Shown: positions 42,181 to 54,115 of the stretch, in pieces | Position numbering within the stretch: position 1 is the first letter of the stretch | Layout: every line of letters begins with the position of its first letter | Assembly: GCA_946965045.2 (NCBI GenBank) | Contig: OX337228.1 | Coordinates: forward strand, 4,898,001 to 4,962,000 | Source: Epithemia pelagica | Taxonomy: Eukaryota; Protista; Bacillariophyta | Length of the DNA stretch: 64,000 nucleotides | Direction: 5' to 3' | Position numbers and translations under genes: made by a program | Notes under the pieces: model-generated | The model's database searches: none | The model's input: the letters and a program-made list of their open reading frames with translations, nothing else | What the model was told of the DNA's origin: nothing

Positions 42181-44703
42181 TTACGAGAACGAGTTGAAAT
42201 CTCGGACCTCATTGACAATATCCATCGCCTTACTGAGAAGTTCCTTCATCTCAACGCATGTCTGGCGTCGTGCCGCAATATCTTCCGCTTCCTGCATCAA
42301 ATTGGTGAGTTCACCTTCCTTGTAAAGCTCTGAAACCAGTTCATTTTGCAGCGAATCTTTGACATGGTTGACAAGGAAGTACATGATTGTCTTTGGCACA
42401 AAGTCGATAAAGTTCTTCCTCACAATGTTAAAGTATGATTCCACCAGACTTTTGATAATCTGAAAATGCCGTTAGTTGCTGCAACATCTTTCATCGACTC
42501 AGACACATAAAAGACTTACTTCCATTTCAATAACTTCTTTCTCCGATGCCGGTTTGTCCGTTTGCTTCATACGGTCGGGTACCTGGGGAAGGGTTACAAT
42601 ACTTGGAGGCTCCATAGATCGCCTGTCGTTCTTCTTCTTTGCTGCTGATTCACTGCTGTTGTTAAAAAGCATTCCCATAATGCCATTTCCCGCGTTTGGG
42701 TTATGTGGAACAGCCTTGCCATTTTCTGAGGCACCTTCCGCACCATAGTTGTTCAGTGAAGTCGACGCCAAGGGCGTGGTACCGGGATCTTCTTGAGTTT
42801 TAGCGGCTTTCGCGGCAGCAGTCTTGTCGTTTTCTTTACCGACCTTCTGCATCAATCCTGAAACGGCCCGAGAGCCTCCGATGAAATCGGGATGACTGGT
42901 GTTAACATACGACAGCTCAATTTTGACCAAATTTGTAACCATCATTTGTGTAGGACCTACGCATCGCCGCAATAGGTTCATCATTACTTCAACAATACGT
43001 TCCCGAAGCACAGGGTATCGAGTGAGTTCGCTCGGTTCCGCTTGTGTTGCAATACGCTGGAGCTCCTCGTAGACCAAATCTACGCAAACTGTTCCAGGAT
43101 CTTCCAAACGAGCCACCTGGCGCAATGTGCCCAAGCGTTATGTTGAAGACAAGTCGTTAGCAGCGTGGGTATCAGCACAACCTCGCAAGTACAAAGAGTT
43201 AAAGAAGCAAGACGTATCCATGAAACCTGAATGGGTCGAACGTACCTGGCGGCGTACAAGAATGTCAAAACTGACCTCAGGCACGAATAGTGCTGGGCGA
43301 GTTCCATTGGCATTGGCAATTGTTGTACGGATTTCTTCGTCAGTTAACCCATCAAATGCACCAACACTATTGAGTGAGGCTGCAAAAACCTCGGTGAAAA
43401 TATATGAGATCCTGGCTCCTCCCATTAGCTCGTTCACAGGATGGACCAGAGATTTTTTCCCGTCAGGACGTCCTTCTCCATCGAGGATGGAAGAGAAATT
43501 ATTCGCGAACTTGCTCAACAAAGCAAGCAGCGAAGCACCTCTGGCAGAGCGGCTGGAGTTGTTAGCTGGAGTACCCAGAGCATCCAATTCAGCTTGTACA
43601 TCTGTCATCATCCTACCAATGCGGTGCTTGAGATCGGGCAAACAATCTCGAATATGATGCATAAGCATGTTGTTAAGAGATTTCGCCAGTTTCGGAGTTC
43701 CACACCTTGTCAATAAGGCTCTATCTCTGGAGTACACAGGGTGGTGACGAAAGAAATGATCCTCTTTCTTTAGTCCATCGCGAATGCTCATGTCACATTG
43801 GACGTCTTTTTGACCACGATTGACAACTGCAATATAACCGCGACGCAGGGGGATAACCTGGTTAAGAAGGATATCAGAAACATCAGTTCCTGGATCCATG
43901 AGATCAACTTTCGTAAGGACTCCAACTGTCCGGGTCCCGGACGGATCAGCCGCTTGGGCAAGCTTAATCGCTGTGGTGATTAACAAAGTTTGACATGTTA
44001 GCACGTAGTGAGAGTGTGTTAGGTAGTCAGTAAAGTGAAAACTTACAGTCACTGTTCGCCAAGTCTTGATTTGCCGCAGTGACAGCTAAGATGATCGCAT
44101 TAGGATTGGAAATAAATTCTGCACACATGGCTGCAGTGCGTAAGGGAAATTGAAGCGTTAGATCAATCAGGGCGTGAAGATTATACCAAACAAGAAAGCG
44201 TGCGTACCTGTAATCTGCTTCTCTATGTCAAACGGTTGATCACCGACTGGGACCTTGGCAACGCCAGGAAGATCCACAACGGTAAGAGCAAGGACTCTTG
44301 GCGAATAAATTTTCAGATGGATTGGAGTTGCATCAATTCCTTTGTTCTTGCCTGTGAGACGGTCGGTTTCCGCAACGATCTCATTTCGAATTGCACGGAA
44401 ATCCGTAAATTTGCGATCAGGTAGATGCAAGAACTCTCCCCATTCTTCGGCCTCAACCGGCGAATTGGCGTCATCAGGGACACCTTGAGATGTATTATAG
44501 AGCTGCAGAATGAGTGGGCGACGAGTCACAATTCCTGTTCCTCTTGGGAGGAATGATTTTCCAACGAGAGATTCGAGCACGCTTGACTTTCCTGACGACT
44601 GGCCCCCAATGACGATTATCTGAGGAAGATCTATCGTTGTCGTCTGCCCCAAGGCTCCGAGTACATCCTGTAACTTCGACGCAATAGGAATGAGCTGATC
44701 CAT
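42181..44703 (-). CDS. Dynamin-related GTPase (DRP1/Vps1 type), multi-exon
   Basis: [47 protein letters not shown], a middle domain and the GED ([24 protein letters not shown]) spread over five ORF segments. Confidence 0.95.
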
Positions 44704-45002
44704 GAGTCCTCTTTTCTCTTTTCTGATTTTCAGGAGAGTAAAGGCGTAAAGGCACCTCTTGGGTCGAGTTTTCGAAAAGAGAGAGAGACCGACCGATCAC
44801 TATCAGATCATGTTTCACTCGCGCGCGCCCACGCCTGAAGCACGCCCGCGCTCTCATGTGACACGGAGTCATGTGATGCACTAACCCGGAGCGACGCATG
44901 ACGCATGACTGACGGTCAGAGTCTCCTTCAATAACTGCGACCGAAGCAAGGATTTGAAAGATCCTCAACTCATCGGAGACCACACAAAATTAACACAACA
45001 GA

Positions 45003-45661
45003 ATGAGTTTCCGAGGTCGAGGTAGAAGCCCTGGTGGTCGAGGAGGTGGGCGTGGTGGTGGTCGAGGAGGTGGAGGACGATTTCAACGCGAAGAAGGACC
45101 CCCGGCGGAAATTGTAGAAGCTGGTAGTGTTTCTCATGATTGTGAGGGTGAATTGCTATGTAGATGGGGCCTGCCGGATAAGGTTCCATACTTCAATGCA
45201 GGAATGTACTTGCAAAACAAGCAAAAGATAGGAAAAGTTGACGAGATACTGGGTAGAATCAATGAGATTTACTTCACGGTTAAACTTGAACCCGGAGTTC
45301 TCAGCAAGAGTTTTCAACCTAAAGATCTCGTTTTCATTGGGACTGACAAATTACTTCCTCTGACGCGCTTCACTAACCCTGGTGCTGCTGGGGGAGGACG
45401 AAGCGCCGGACGGGGAGGTCGTGGTGGTGGTCGAGGAGGTGGGGGACGTGGTCCAGGCGGCAGATTCGGAGGACGAGGCGGCGGAAGGTACGCGTTGTTG
45501 CGATGGATGTGGTGCAATCGTTGTTTCCTCTGTTTTGTTAAACGAACTATTTTTCTACTCGTTGCAGAGGATCACCAGGACGAGGAATGGGAGGTCGTGG
45601 TCGGTCTCCTGGAGGACGGGGAGGAGGACGTGGTTTTGGTAGAGGACGGGGACGTCAATAG
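45003..45661 (+). CDS. GAR1: H/ACA snoRNP subunit GAR1; intron 45488-45567
   Basis: RGG-rich ends flank the core KVPYFNAGMYLQNKQKIGKVDEILG...KLLPLTRF; splicing gives a second RGG tail ending at TAG 45659-45661. Confidence 0.95.
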
Positions 45662-45942
45662 GATGTTTCGAGATTATGTATCCGATCATCCAGCGACAAA
45701 GGTTTAGCTTTTGAAGAATCCAAGTCCGCACCTACCAAAGACTCATAACACGGTTGATGACGTAGAGTGGGGAAGGAATTGATACCATTTGTTTCAATTG
45801 ACGATAAGGTCGTGCTTGGTCGTGGATGGGCAGTATCAACCTCAGTCACAGTCAAGCTGACTTAGATCAATAGTTCTAGTGGGGGACCTTCAATATGCGG
45901 ATGCGAAACAAGGTTCCGTTGTCATTAGATAGACAAATACCT

Positions 45943-46692
45943 TCAGAGTTTAGCTTGTATGAACACAGTTGATCTCCCCCAACTCATTTCTAGATGAAGC
46001 ACAAGAAGTGTTTCAATGGAGGAATGATGCAGTGGCCTACTAACCATGATGAACAGGGTTCCAGAAGGGCATAAACTACAGAGATCAGTAAGGCGAGCCA
46101 CCAATGCATCCTCAAACACAGTCGCATGGCATATCACAACATCCGATGACGAAATCCAGCTTGTATCCACCGTAAAGTCACCAAGCCTCCAATCAACGTT
46201 AACTTCGCGTATTTGTTGGTTTGCCTGTTGCCAAGAAACGAAGTTACGAAGTGCTTCAAAATGAAGTTGTGGATTCAACTCGATACCAGTCATCTGCCCA
46301 AACTGATAGGCCGTCAGTAAAACGAGAAGAACAACACCCCGGCCACTACCAAGATCGGTTATTCTTAGTTCATTCCATACGATTGTGTCCCTTCTAATCT
46401 TTTGGACAAGATCAAAGACCTGCAGCACGGACTCTGGTGTTATCTCTCCATATCCAAGGCTTCCGGCCCACCGAGTACCATTCAAGGCCAAAGATGTCTC
46501 ATTCGTTGCACCGGGCTTGTTCAATGAACCACTTTTACTACAATGATAGTTCCAGAAATCACGCCAAGCTAGAATCTTTTCCCATATTCGGTCGTCATGG
46601 TCGCCTTCCGAGTTCGACTGCAAAAGTACGGCTGATAACGTGGGGAAAGCTCTGCTCCACAAGCAACGCCACCTAAGTTCCTCGGACGACAT
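45943..46692 (-). CDS. Class I SAM-dependent methyltransferase, DOT1-like catalytic fold
   Basis: LGYGEIT, motif I ITDLGSGRG, GIELNP and GDF. Confidence 0.7.
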   Translation of the reverse strand: MSSEELRWRCLWSRAFPTLSAVLLQSNSEGDHDDRIWEKILAWRDFWNYHCSKSGSLNKPGATNETSLALNGTRWAGSLGYGEITPESVLQVFDLVQKIRRDTIVWNELRITDLGSGRGVVLLVLLTAYQFGQMTGIELNPQLHFEALRNFVSWQQANQQIREVNVDWRLGDFTVDTSWISSSDVVICHATVFEDALVARLTDLCSLCPSGTLFIMVSRPLHHSSIETLLVLHLEMSWGRSTVFIQAKL

Positions 46693-47684
46693 GTCGAAAG
46701 CAAAAGAATACTTTCAGCACATCGAATAACAACTTCTTATTGCTCCGGTTTCAACAACCAACAACCGCACCGTCCGTTCATATGAAAGATGAAAGGACGA
46801 GTGACGAGTAGCTCGACCGTCGACGCTGTGGATGGGGGGACAATCGTCTTCCCCCAAATATTACCCCCATAATAAGTCCACGTTGATGGACCCGATAGAC
46901 GTTCAACGGACACAAAAATGACACCCCTACAATACACGCGCCGCCACATAGAGGCAACCTGACTAATTTGGCAGCCTGACTAAATTTGGTGGGGCGATGC
47001 CACCGTAGAAAACTTTGACAATTTATAACTTAACTTCTACTTAACCAATTTTGGAATTTGAGGTGTCATTCAAAAGCCCAGAACGAGATCTGTCGATTGG
47101 GCACTTCAAAATGTGTTTTTGTCGCCAAATGGATGAAGGAAAGTTTAAATGGGTAGTCTAACTCAGCTACCTGCCCACACACAGTCTCGGTGCAGTCTAG
47201 TAAGAAACGACAATGACAAAGTCAGCATCCATCTAGGTAACATGAATGCATAGTGTATACCCAACAACTTCATTGTTATCAACATGCAATGTCTACCTTC
47301 TGCTCCAACAGTATCATTATCAGCACACATCGTGTACATCATGCTAAACCCTATTCTCGCTGTGTCTTGTCCAGAAGGACTGGCATCTATCTCGACTCCA
47401 AGGGAACCAGCAGTATGAACAAGAAGAACTTGATCCTGTCTATTGAGAAAGCCATGAAGGACATGAAAGACAATGAATAGGGAAGAAATCCGATTAAATA
47501 GTGTCATAGTGAGAAGTTACGTGTCAATTCACGTGATAGCCCGTGTAAAAACATTTTGGTCCAAATTAGTACGGGCTATCGCGGTGCCAAATTGTCAGGT
47601 AGACCAGATATTTGCCTGAATCCAGAAATCCAGAAAATCCTGAATAACTCGACCGGGTGTTGATCTTTTTCAAAACAAATATTA

Positions 47685-48260
47685 TCAGCAGATAGAGCTC
47701 ATCGAGCTCTTCGTAGGACACTCTGCAATTTTCCCAACGAGATTTATAGGACGGTTTGTAGGGTTGGGACGAAAGCGACAACAAAATTCCTCGTGGAAGT
47801 TTGGATGAATCCAAAAATCGTCAGGTGAGACGAGATACCGTTTCGAGTAGCTAAATCGGGAACGTGGCTTAGTGGATTGACCTCGTCCGGGCAAATGGGC
47901 CGGAAGACTTTCCCCTTCGGATAATAGTTCTTGTGTCTCGGTATTTGTTTCTTGTCCTTGTGCAATATTTCCGACTGGGTGTGGAGGTGGAGGTGGAACA
48001 GGTCGCTCAGCATCGACGGGAGGCTCGCCATCCGCATTCGCTATTGGATGTGGTGATGCAGAAATAGCGACAGCATCATCTTGATCATTGTCAACATGAG
48101 GTTGGTGATGATCTCTACCAATAGGTTGGTCAGAATCTGGATAGGTATGGGCTTGAGGTGCGACGGGTTGATCAGTATCTTCATCGAGGAGTGACTGTGA
48201 CGAATTCGGCTGTGAGGACTCGTGGTCGTCGTTCTCCGTAGGTACAACTGCAGACGACAT
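47685..48260 (-). CDS. Hypothetical disordered protein, possibly a remnant of an accessory element
   Basis: ATG-initiated 191-codon ORF rich in D/P/Q/H; no recognisable domain. Confidence 0.3.
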   Translation of the reverse strand: MSSAVVPTENDDHESSQPNSSQSLLDEDTDQPVAPQAHTYPDSDQPIGRDHHQPHVDNDQDDAVAISASPHPIANADGEPPVDAERPVPPPPPHPVGNIAQGQETNTETQELLSEGESLPAHLPGRGQSTKPRSRFSYSKRYLVSPDDFWIHPNFHEEFCCRFRPNPTNRPINLVGKIAECPTKSSMSSIC

Positions 48261-48556
48261 TGCCTTTCGTGGACGTCTTCTTCACTATATGGACCGTCGG
48301 AATGGAGAATCCTGCAACGATCGGCCCAAATGGTAGATATGTATAAGAGTACAAAGTTGGGCCATGGGCGAAGGATGATCGAAATGAACAAAAATGAGGA
48401 AAATCGTCAATTTTTCAAAGCGAAATATCACGCTAATAACTGTGTATTTACTGTAGACTATGATATATGAAGTTATTCAGAATTTCAAGATCTTTCCAAC
48501 GAAGAAGTCAGATTTGACAGACTTTGGTTTTTGATGAAATTAATGAAAGTCGAAGT

Positions 48557-48616
48557 TAAGCGAGTAGCGTATAGCTGTCTCGCTTATATGGGAGACAGCT
48601 ATACGCTACTCGCTTA
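48557..48616. repeat. Perfect 25-bp inverted repeat with 10-nt loop
   Basis: TAAGCGAGTAGCGTATAGCTGTCTC-gcttatatgg-GAGACAGCTATACGCTACTCGCTTA. Confidence 0.97.
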
Positions 48617-50266
48617 CGAATGGCGTTAAAATTGAAAAAGGGCAACATGGTCGTGACTCAGGAATTATGACGTGACTCATGCGCCAAACCGTCAGGTTGC
48701 CTCTACATTGTGCAGAGCCACAACCCACAACAATCTCCATTACCTCGGTTTTGTTGGCCAAGTCGCGGTAAAATCGCACCTTCTGATGGCCATTTGACCG
48801 ACAATTTTGCGATGACTAGAAATAGTCGACCTGGGTAGCTCCGTAGTAATCGGCAATGATCAGCGTTCCTTAAAGTTATGTTGGCTGAATGGCCATCACA
48901 ATTTCTGGTAGGTTGGCTACGTACAGACCAGATTCGGCAATGGAACCATGCTAATCTAGAGTGTCTACGAGTATCTACTGGCTAGAGCAAAGCAATAGAA
49001 GTAGATACGAAAGGCTACTGGCAATAGAGTAACTTGCCGTAGATGATACGGACTGTGTCTCTTGTGGTTATTACTACAGTTTGTAGAACAGAAAAGGGAC
49101 AGGATGAAAAGCAGAGCCCATATTATATACTCCTAGGAGTATGGAGTTCGACTTGAGGATGCCCCAGGGAAAGAGGCACACCATCCGGCTGGATCCCTTG
49201 CCAGCACCACCCATGCCACCAGTGGATCAACAACCAACCATGGAGATGTATGGGGTATGAGGTGGGTGTCGAATGATACAACAGTGCAGTCCAATTTGGA
49301 ACTGTTCTACGGTTAGCCGGACTCTTTGCTTCCCTGTAGGGTTTAAACTATCCATGTTGATTGATGAGGATCCATCTACTGGCAACCAATGGAAATAGCA
49401 ATACATGAACAAGGCAGACACTATAGCTATACATTACACTGGGAGTAGGCAGAGAAGGTTGATACCTCTCGTACATTAGCTACCAGAAACACTCTTGTTT
49501 CTCGTCGGGTGCAAGGATCTCCCGGAACTCAAAGTATGTGGATTGCCACCACAGAATGGTAAAATGGGAGGTAAAAATGATGGATTTGGTCCCAGTGGTT
49601 CGGAGTCAAAGATAATTGATCATGCAAAAGAAAACAAACACATGAGTCATCCCACGATTCCACCATTGTGTCGGAAGGTAAACAGTAGCTATTGTAGACA
49701 ATCTGGCTCGAAAGTACGGAAACCAGAGGCTGCGATCAACAGTAGACCTTTCACTGTATCCACAACCTTTGCCATGTTGGCTTTATAGCCATCATCGGAA
49801 TACTGGTCCTCGAACCAAGCCGAAGCCAATGGAGTAGTTTGTTTCACTCCAAAACTTGAAATCTCCTTTGTGACGCGGGTAGTTTTCGCAACTAAGCCAT
49901 AGTCTGAAGTCCTCAGAAGTTAGATTCCAAATTCCATGCCCTACATACGTAACTGGTACATTTCCCTACATACGTAAATATACGTAGACTAGTACTGGAT
50001 GGTCGCTGTGGCCATTCTACAAGACACATCATACTCTATACACTCTAGCAAAAGCACAAGAAGCGCGATTCATTCCCTCCTGAAGGGAATGAAGCGTTTA
50101 CGATATCGTAGGCTTTCGACAAAAAAGCGGGAAGGAGAACCGAAGTTAAGGAACATCAAGGCATTCGAGCCGTTGGCCGTGAGAGGAAGCTTGACTGATT
50201 CACCTCTGACGAGGTTTGCCTTGTAGATCTGAATTTTGTGTTGATCCATCGCATACGCAAATTACG

Positions 50267-52607
50267 ATGGATATCTCTGTCTTGGCGTCAGTCGGCTCCT
50301 TTGTTGTTTCGGAACGAGTTTTGAAGCCTAAAGCTTCGGTGGTTGCCGTTCTGGGATGCTTTTTGGCTTATGACTTGACAACAAAGACGCATGATCCATC
50401 TTCCCTTCGGATCTACCGAGGTATGCAAGCACGCGAGTGGCCGGCTCATGGCTGCATCATCATTGGATCTCGCAATGTCAGAGATAACGTTGTTTTGCTT
50501 CGTTTCGTTTTGCTTTGTAACAGGTCCCGCTTTGATGGCGTTCACTTTGATAATGGCAGCGTTCTCCTTGAGAACTTGGAGAAGGAACGGAGTTGCTTGC
50601 GATGAACTGATATTTCTTCCAGGAACGCCACATGGGCAGCTACACCTACACGGTATTGATAGTGCATCAGACGGTCAAACCACCAATTCAAGTAATGCTC
50701 GTGATCGTCGGACTTCAGGCGCCAGTTCTTCCACTGTGATGGAGGAGTCGAACGGAAGAAATAGCGGCGAGGCTGATGTAGCTGCAGGAATTGCCACTTC
50801 TCTAGCACCATCCAGGGGGAGTATGCTGCAGCAGGCATCAAACAGAAAAAATACCAACAACAGTTCTCTTGGTGCACCGTCCGCACCAGAGTGTGAACTT
50901 TCAAACGTCCGTTCTCGATCGGTGCAAGGACAAGACTTATCCTTGGTACCAAGCTCGCATGAATTCGCGTATAGCTGGGACGAGGAGGAGGAAGGCGAGC
51001 AATCCAGCAATCATGGGTGTCTGGATGCATCTGGCCACGGCGATGAAGAAGTTGCGCTGACTTCGTCGCCACATGGCCACGACCGAAATACGTTGGATCG
51101 TCGCAATACAACAGACGACAACCCTGACGAGGATGACAACAGTGATCCTCATCGTTTCCGTGAGGTGCGACCTCGTATTACTCGAATTGGTTCATTCTTC
51201 TTTTTCCGCTCTTCTGTTACCAGTACGCAAAATGCTGATTACGCCCCTTCTGGTCCTTCGGTAGTTGGTGCTGCTATTGATCTATCAATTCCCACTCTGT
51301 TCAATTTTCATTTGTTTATTGAGGCGTACAATCATATTGCCTCGGGTGAATCAGAAACACCGGCAAAAATCCTTCCATTAATCTTTTTGTCCGTCTTGAT
51401 TGTCCGGACGGTAGTACCACCCGGACGTCGAGGAAGATTCTGGTCAGTCATGAAGTTCACTTTCATGGCCCCGTTTCACCAGGTCCGATTCAGGGATGCA
51501 TTTGTTGGTGACATTGTAACGTCTCTTGTCAGGCCCCTACAAGATATATTATTCGCCCTCTCTTATTATGTCACTGTGATCTGGGGAACAGTAACAGGGA
51601 GTTTGAGCCTTTCTGAAAGTGGCGACGCACTTGAACGGAGTTGGCTTCTGCACAATGTCGTGCTGCCATCTTGTGCCCTCCTTCCTTTATGGTGGAAGTT
51701 CCTTCAGACCTTACGTCAGAGTTACGACACTGGCCAAAGATGGCCGCACCTAGGAAACGCATTCAAGTATCTTTCTGCAACGCTCATCATTTTGTATGGA
51801 ATGACTCACCCAGAAAACAGGCGCTCATCCCTCTGGATCGTGTCATTTGTCGCCTGTATAATCTACCAAATTTTCTGGGACGTGTTCATGGACTGGGACC
51901 TTCTGGTAATTGTGCCTCGGGGAGACGAAACGCTGGACCTTGAGAACTCGTGGTGCACTTCCAGAGCATCTTTTCAAGCAAATTCCTACATATTGTATCT
52001 GAATATGGTATTTGTCCAACCGTTGAAGGATGCCACACGTTGGATCGTGATAAAGGTGCCACGGCTCCGTCAAATTCAGCTTCGTCCGCGGAGATTGTAC
52101 AAAGACCAAACCTTTTATTGGCGCATCCTTGCGTACAATGTCATTTTCCGATTCGCATGGATGCTTTGTTTTATACCAGCATACCGTCTTTCTCCCTCTG
52201 GCCGTGAGCACGTAACAACGTTTTCATCCGATACTAACAGTTACGTCGGAGTCCTTCTTCCGGTGGCTGAGATTCTTAGACGAACTTTTTGGGGATTTTT
52301 ATTGCTGGAAAAGGAAACGATAAAGATGCAGGATGGAGACCCTTCCTATACTAGACTAAACATGGACAGAGATGAAGTGGGAGATGATGCATCAGCTTCA
52401 TCCGAGCACGACGAGAAATCGAGGTATTTGCCTGCGTGGTTGGGAACTCAACAACAATTGCAACAAAATGCAGCGTCGAACAGTCGACTGGCACTTTTCA
52501 ATGATCTTTTCGTCTTCTCGGATGACACAATCCACAAGATGTTTATTGCTGAGCTTTCTGCATGGGCAGTAGCTTTCGTTGGATTTGGCCTATGGGCAAC
52601 TGCATAG
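50267..52607 (+). CDS. EXS-domain membrane protein (XPR1/SYG1/ERD1 family); intron 50421-50523
   Basis: Spliced RIYR|GPALM, FRDAFVGDIVTSLVRPLQD, PLWWKFLQTLRQ..D..QRWPHLGNAFKY, WDVFMDWDL and EILRRTFWGFLLLEKE. Confidence 0.92.
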
Positions 52608-52967
52608 AGATACGTAACTCAGTCGTTCTGTATTTCCTCGGTTTCAAATGTACTCTAGGCCAGTGTGAAATCCCTTCTATTCTTGTCTGAGCATGAGGGC
52701 CAAGTGGCCTTCATAGACATAGCGAGAAAAACGAAAATATGACCAAGGGGTATCATATGTTATGATACCATCGCGACAAACAACCAATGAAAGCAAAGCC
52801 TAACATCGAGCATTTCAACGGAAATACAAGGGTAGTCACATGAAGTCTGGTGCTTGAGTCCAATTATCTCGTTTTATATGGATTCTGCAGTAAAAGGTTT
52901 CTTATTCGTCATTCGTCAACGCACGAACACCGACGAAAGGTTCCGCGCTGCCATCTTGAAGTTTGTT

Positions 52968-53873
52968 TTATTCCGGGGTGACACAAGGACCATCGAAGCC
53001 TTGGGCAGTCAGTCCTCCTGGAAAGCAGAAGAAATCGAGAAAATGAATGAGAAAATTGATACAGGTCAAGGTATATTGAGCTGCACGTGAGTGCGAAAAA
53101 CGAGCACCGTTGAACGTACCATCTACACCCAATATTTGGCCCGTGATGTAGCTGCTACAAGGCATACACAAGAACACAATGGGTGCCGCAATTTCAGCTG
53201 GATCTGCCAATCGGTGAAGTGGTGTCCACGCCTTAACTTTGTCCAACTGCGAAGGATTTTTCTTGACAGCTTCTTGAAGCATCGGAGTCATGGTCTGCCA
53301 CGGAGCTACGGCATTGACACGAATATTACGGCTGGCAAGTTCACATGCCATGGCTCTTGTCATCTGGTTTAGAGCAGCCTTGCTCATTCCATACACGGCA
53401 CCTGTTCCAGACGACTGTACCCCTGCAGCGGACGAAACATTCACAATGGTCGATCCATTCTTATCCATGAGCTCCAAAACCAACCTTGTTAAGAAATAAG
53501 CCGAATCGACATTGGTTCGCATTATTTTGTAGTATTCGTCCACCGTTTGTTCTGTTATTGTCTTCCGAACATTTACACCAACATTGTTCACCAAACCGTG
53601 TAAAATATCCACCGAGTTCTTGGTAGCTTCGTACAGCGCTTGTCGTCCTTCCTCTGTAGAAATATCACACACCACGTGAATAATCTTTGCTTGGTCGAAG
53701 CTGCTTCTCAGTGACGCCAGAAGATCCTCAGACGGGTTCAGGGAACAAAAGACGACTGTATGAGCACCATGAGAAAGCATTGCTCGAACGACAGCCAATC
53801 CTATGCCATTGGCTCCCCCCGTTACGAGGTAGTTGCGATTTTGGAGTGACCAATCAGATAATAGCGATGTCAT
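52968..53873 (-). CDS. Short-chain dehydrogenase, tropinone reductase-like; intron 53018-53119
   Basis: LVTGGANGIG, LVNNVGVN, YGMSKAA, IRVNAVAPW and YITGQILGVDG|GLT. Confidence 0.92.
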   Translation of the reverse strand: MTSLLSDWSLQNRNYLVTGGANGIGLAVVRAMLSHGAHTVVFCSLNPSEDLLASLRSSFDQAKIIHVVCDISTEEGRQALYEATKNSVDILHGLVNNVGVNVRKTITEQTVDEYYKIMRTNVDSAYFLTRLVLELMDKNGSTIVNVSSAAGVQSSGTGAVYGMSKAALNQMTRAMACELASRNIRVNAVAPWQTMTPMLQEAVKKNPSQLDKVKAWTPLHRLADPAEIAAPIVFLCMPCSSYITGQILGVDGTFNGARFSHSRAAQYTLTCINFLIHFLDFFCFPGGLTAQGFDGPCVTPE

Positions 53874-54115
53874 TGTGGATGTTTGATACTGATGATTGTC
53901 AATCTGAAATCTGAATTCTGAGGTCGGGAGTAGGGAGTGGAGTGGATAAAAATGGGTCTGAAAGATGACCAATCGGCGACTCATATTTTTATCGCAAGCA
54001 GAGCATTCGCGCCAAGATTTCCACCGCGCGCACGGCATGCTCCCGAGATTAAGAGCCCATCAGAAATCGTTCCAACTTCATTCCAACTCTTTTCTGCCGA
54101 AAAAAGGACCGACCG

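Noticed and set aside
45003-45661. GGT/GGA-rich repeats
   Set aside because: These are the ordinary RGG coding tails of GAR1.
48557-48640. Hairpin as a Helitron 3' end or Rho-independent terminator
   Set aside because: There is no CTRR a few bases beyond the stem on either strand and no U-tract, and the stem is longer than typical Helitron hairpins.
49100-49900. Possible exostosin-like glycosyltransferase pseudogene on the minus strand
   Set aside because: Only vague resemblance (IQPDG..PW...SILLG) amid many stops; it cannot be supported without a tBLASTn search.
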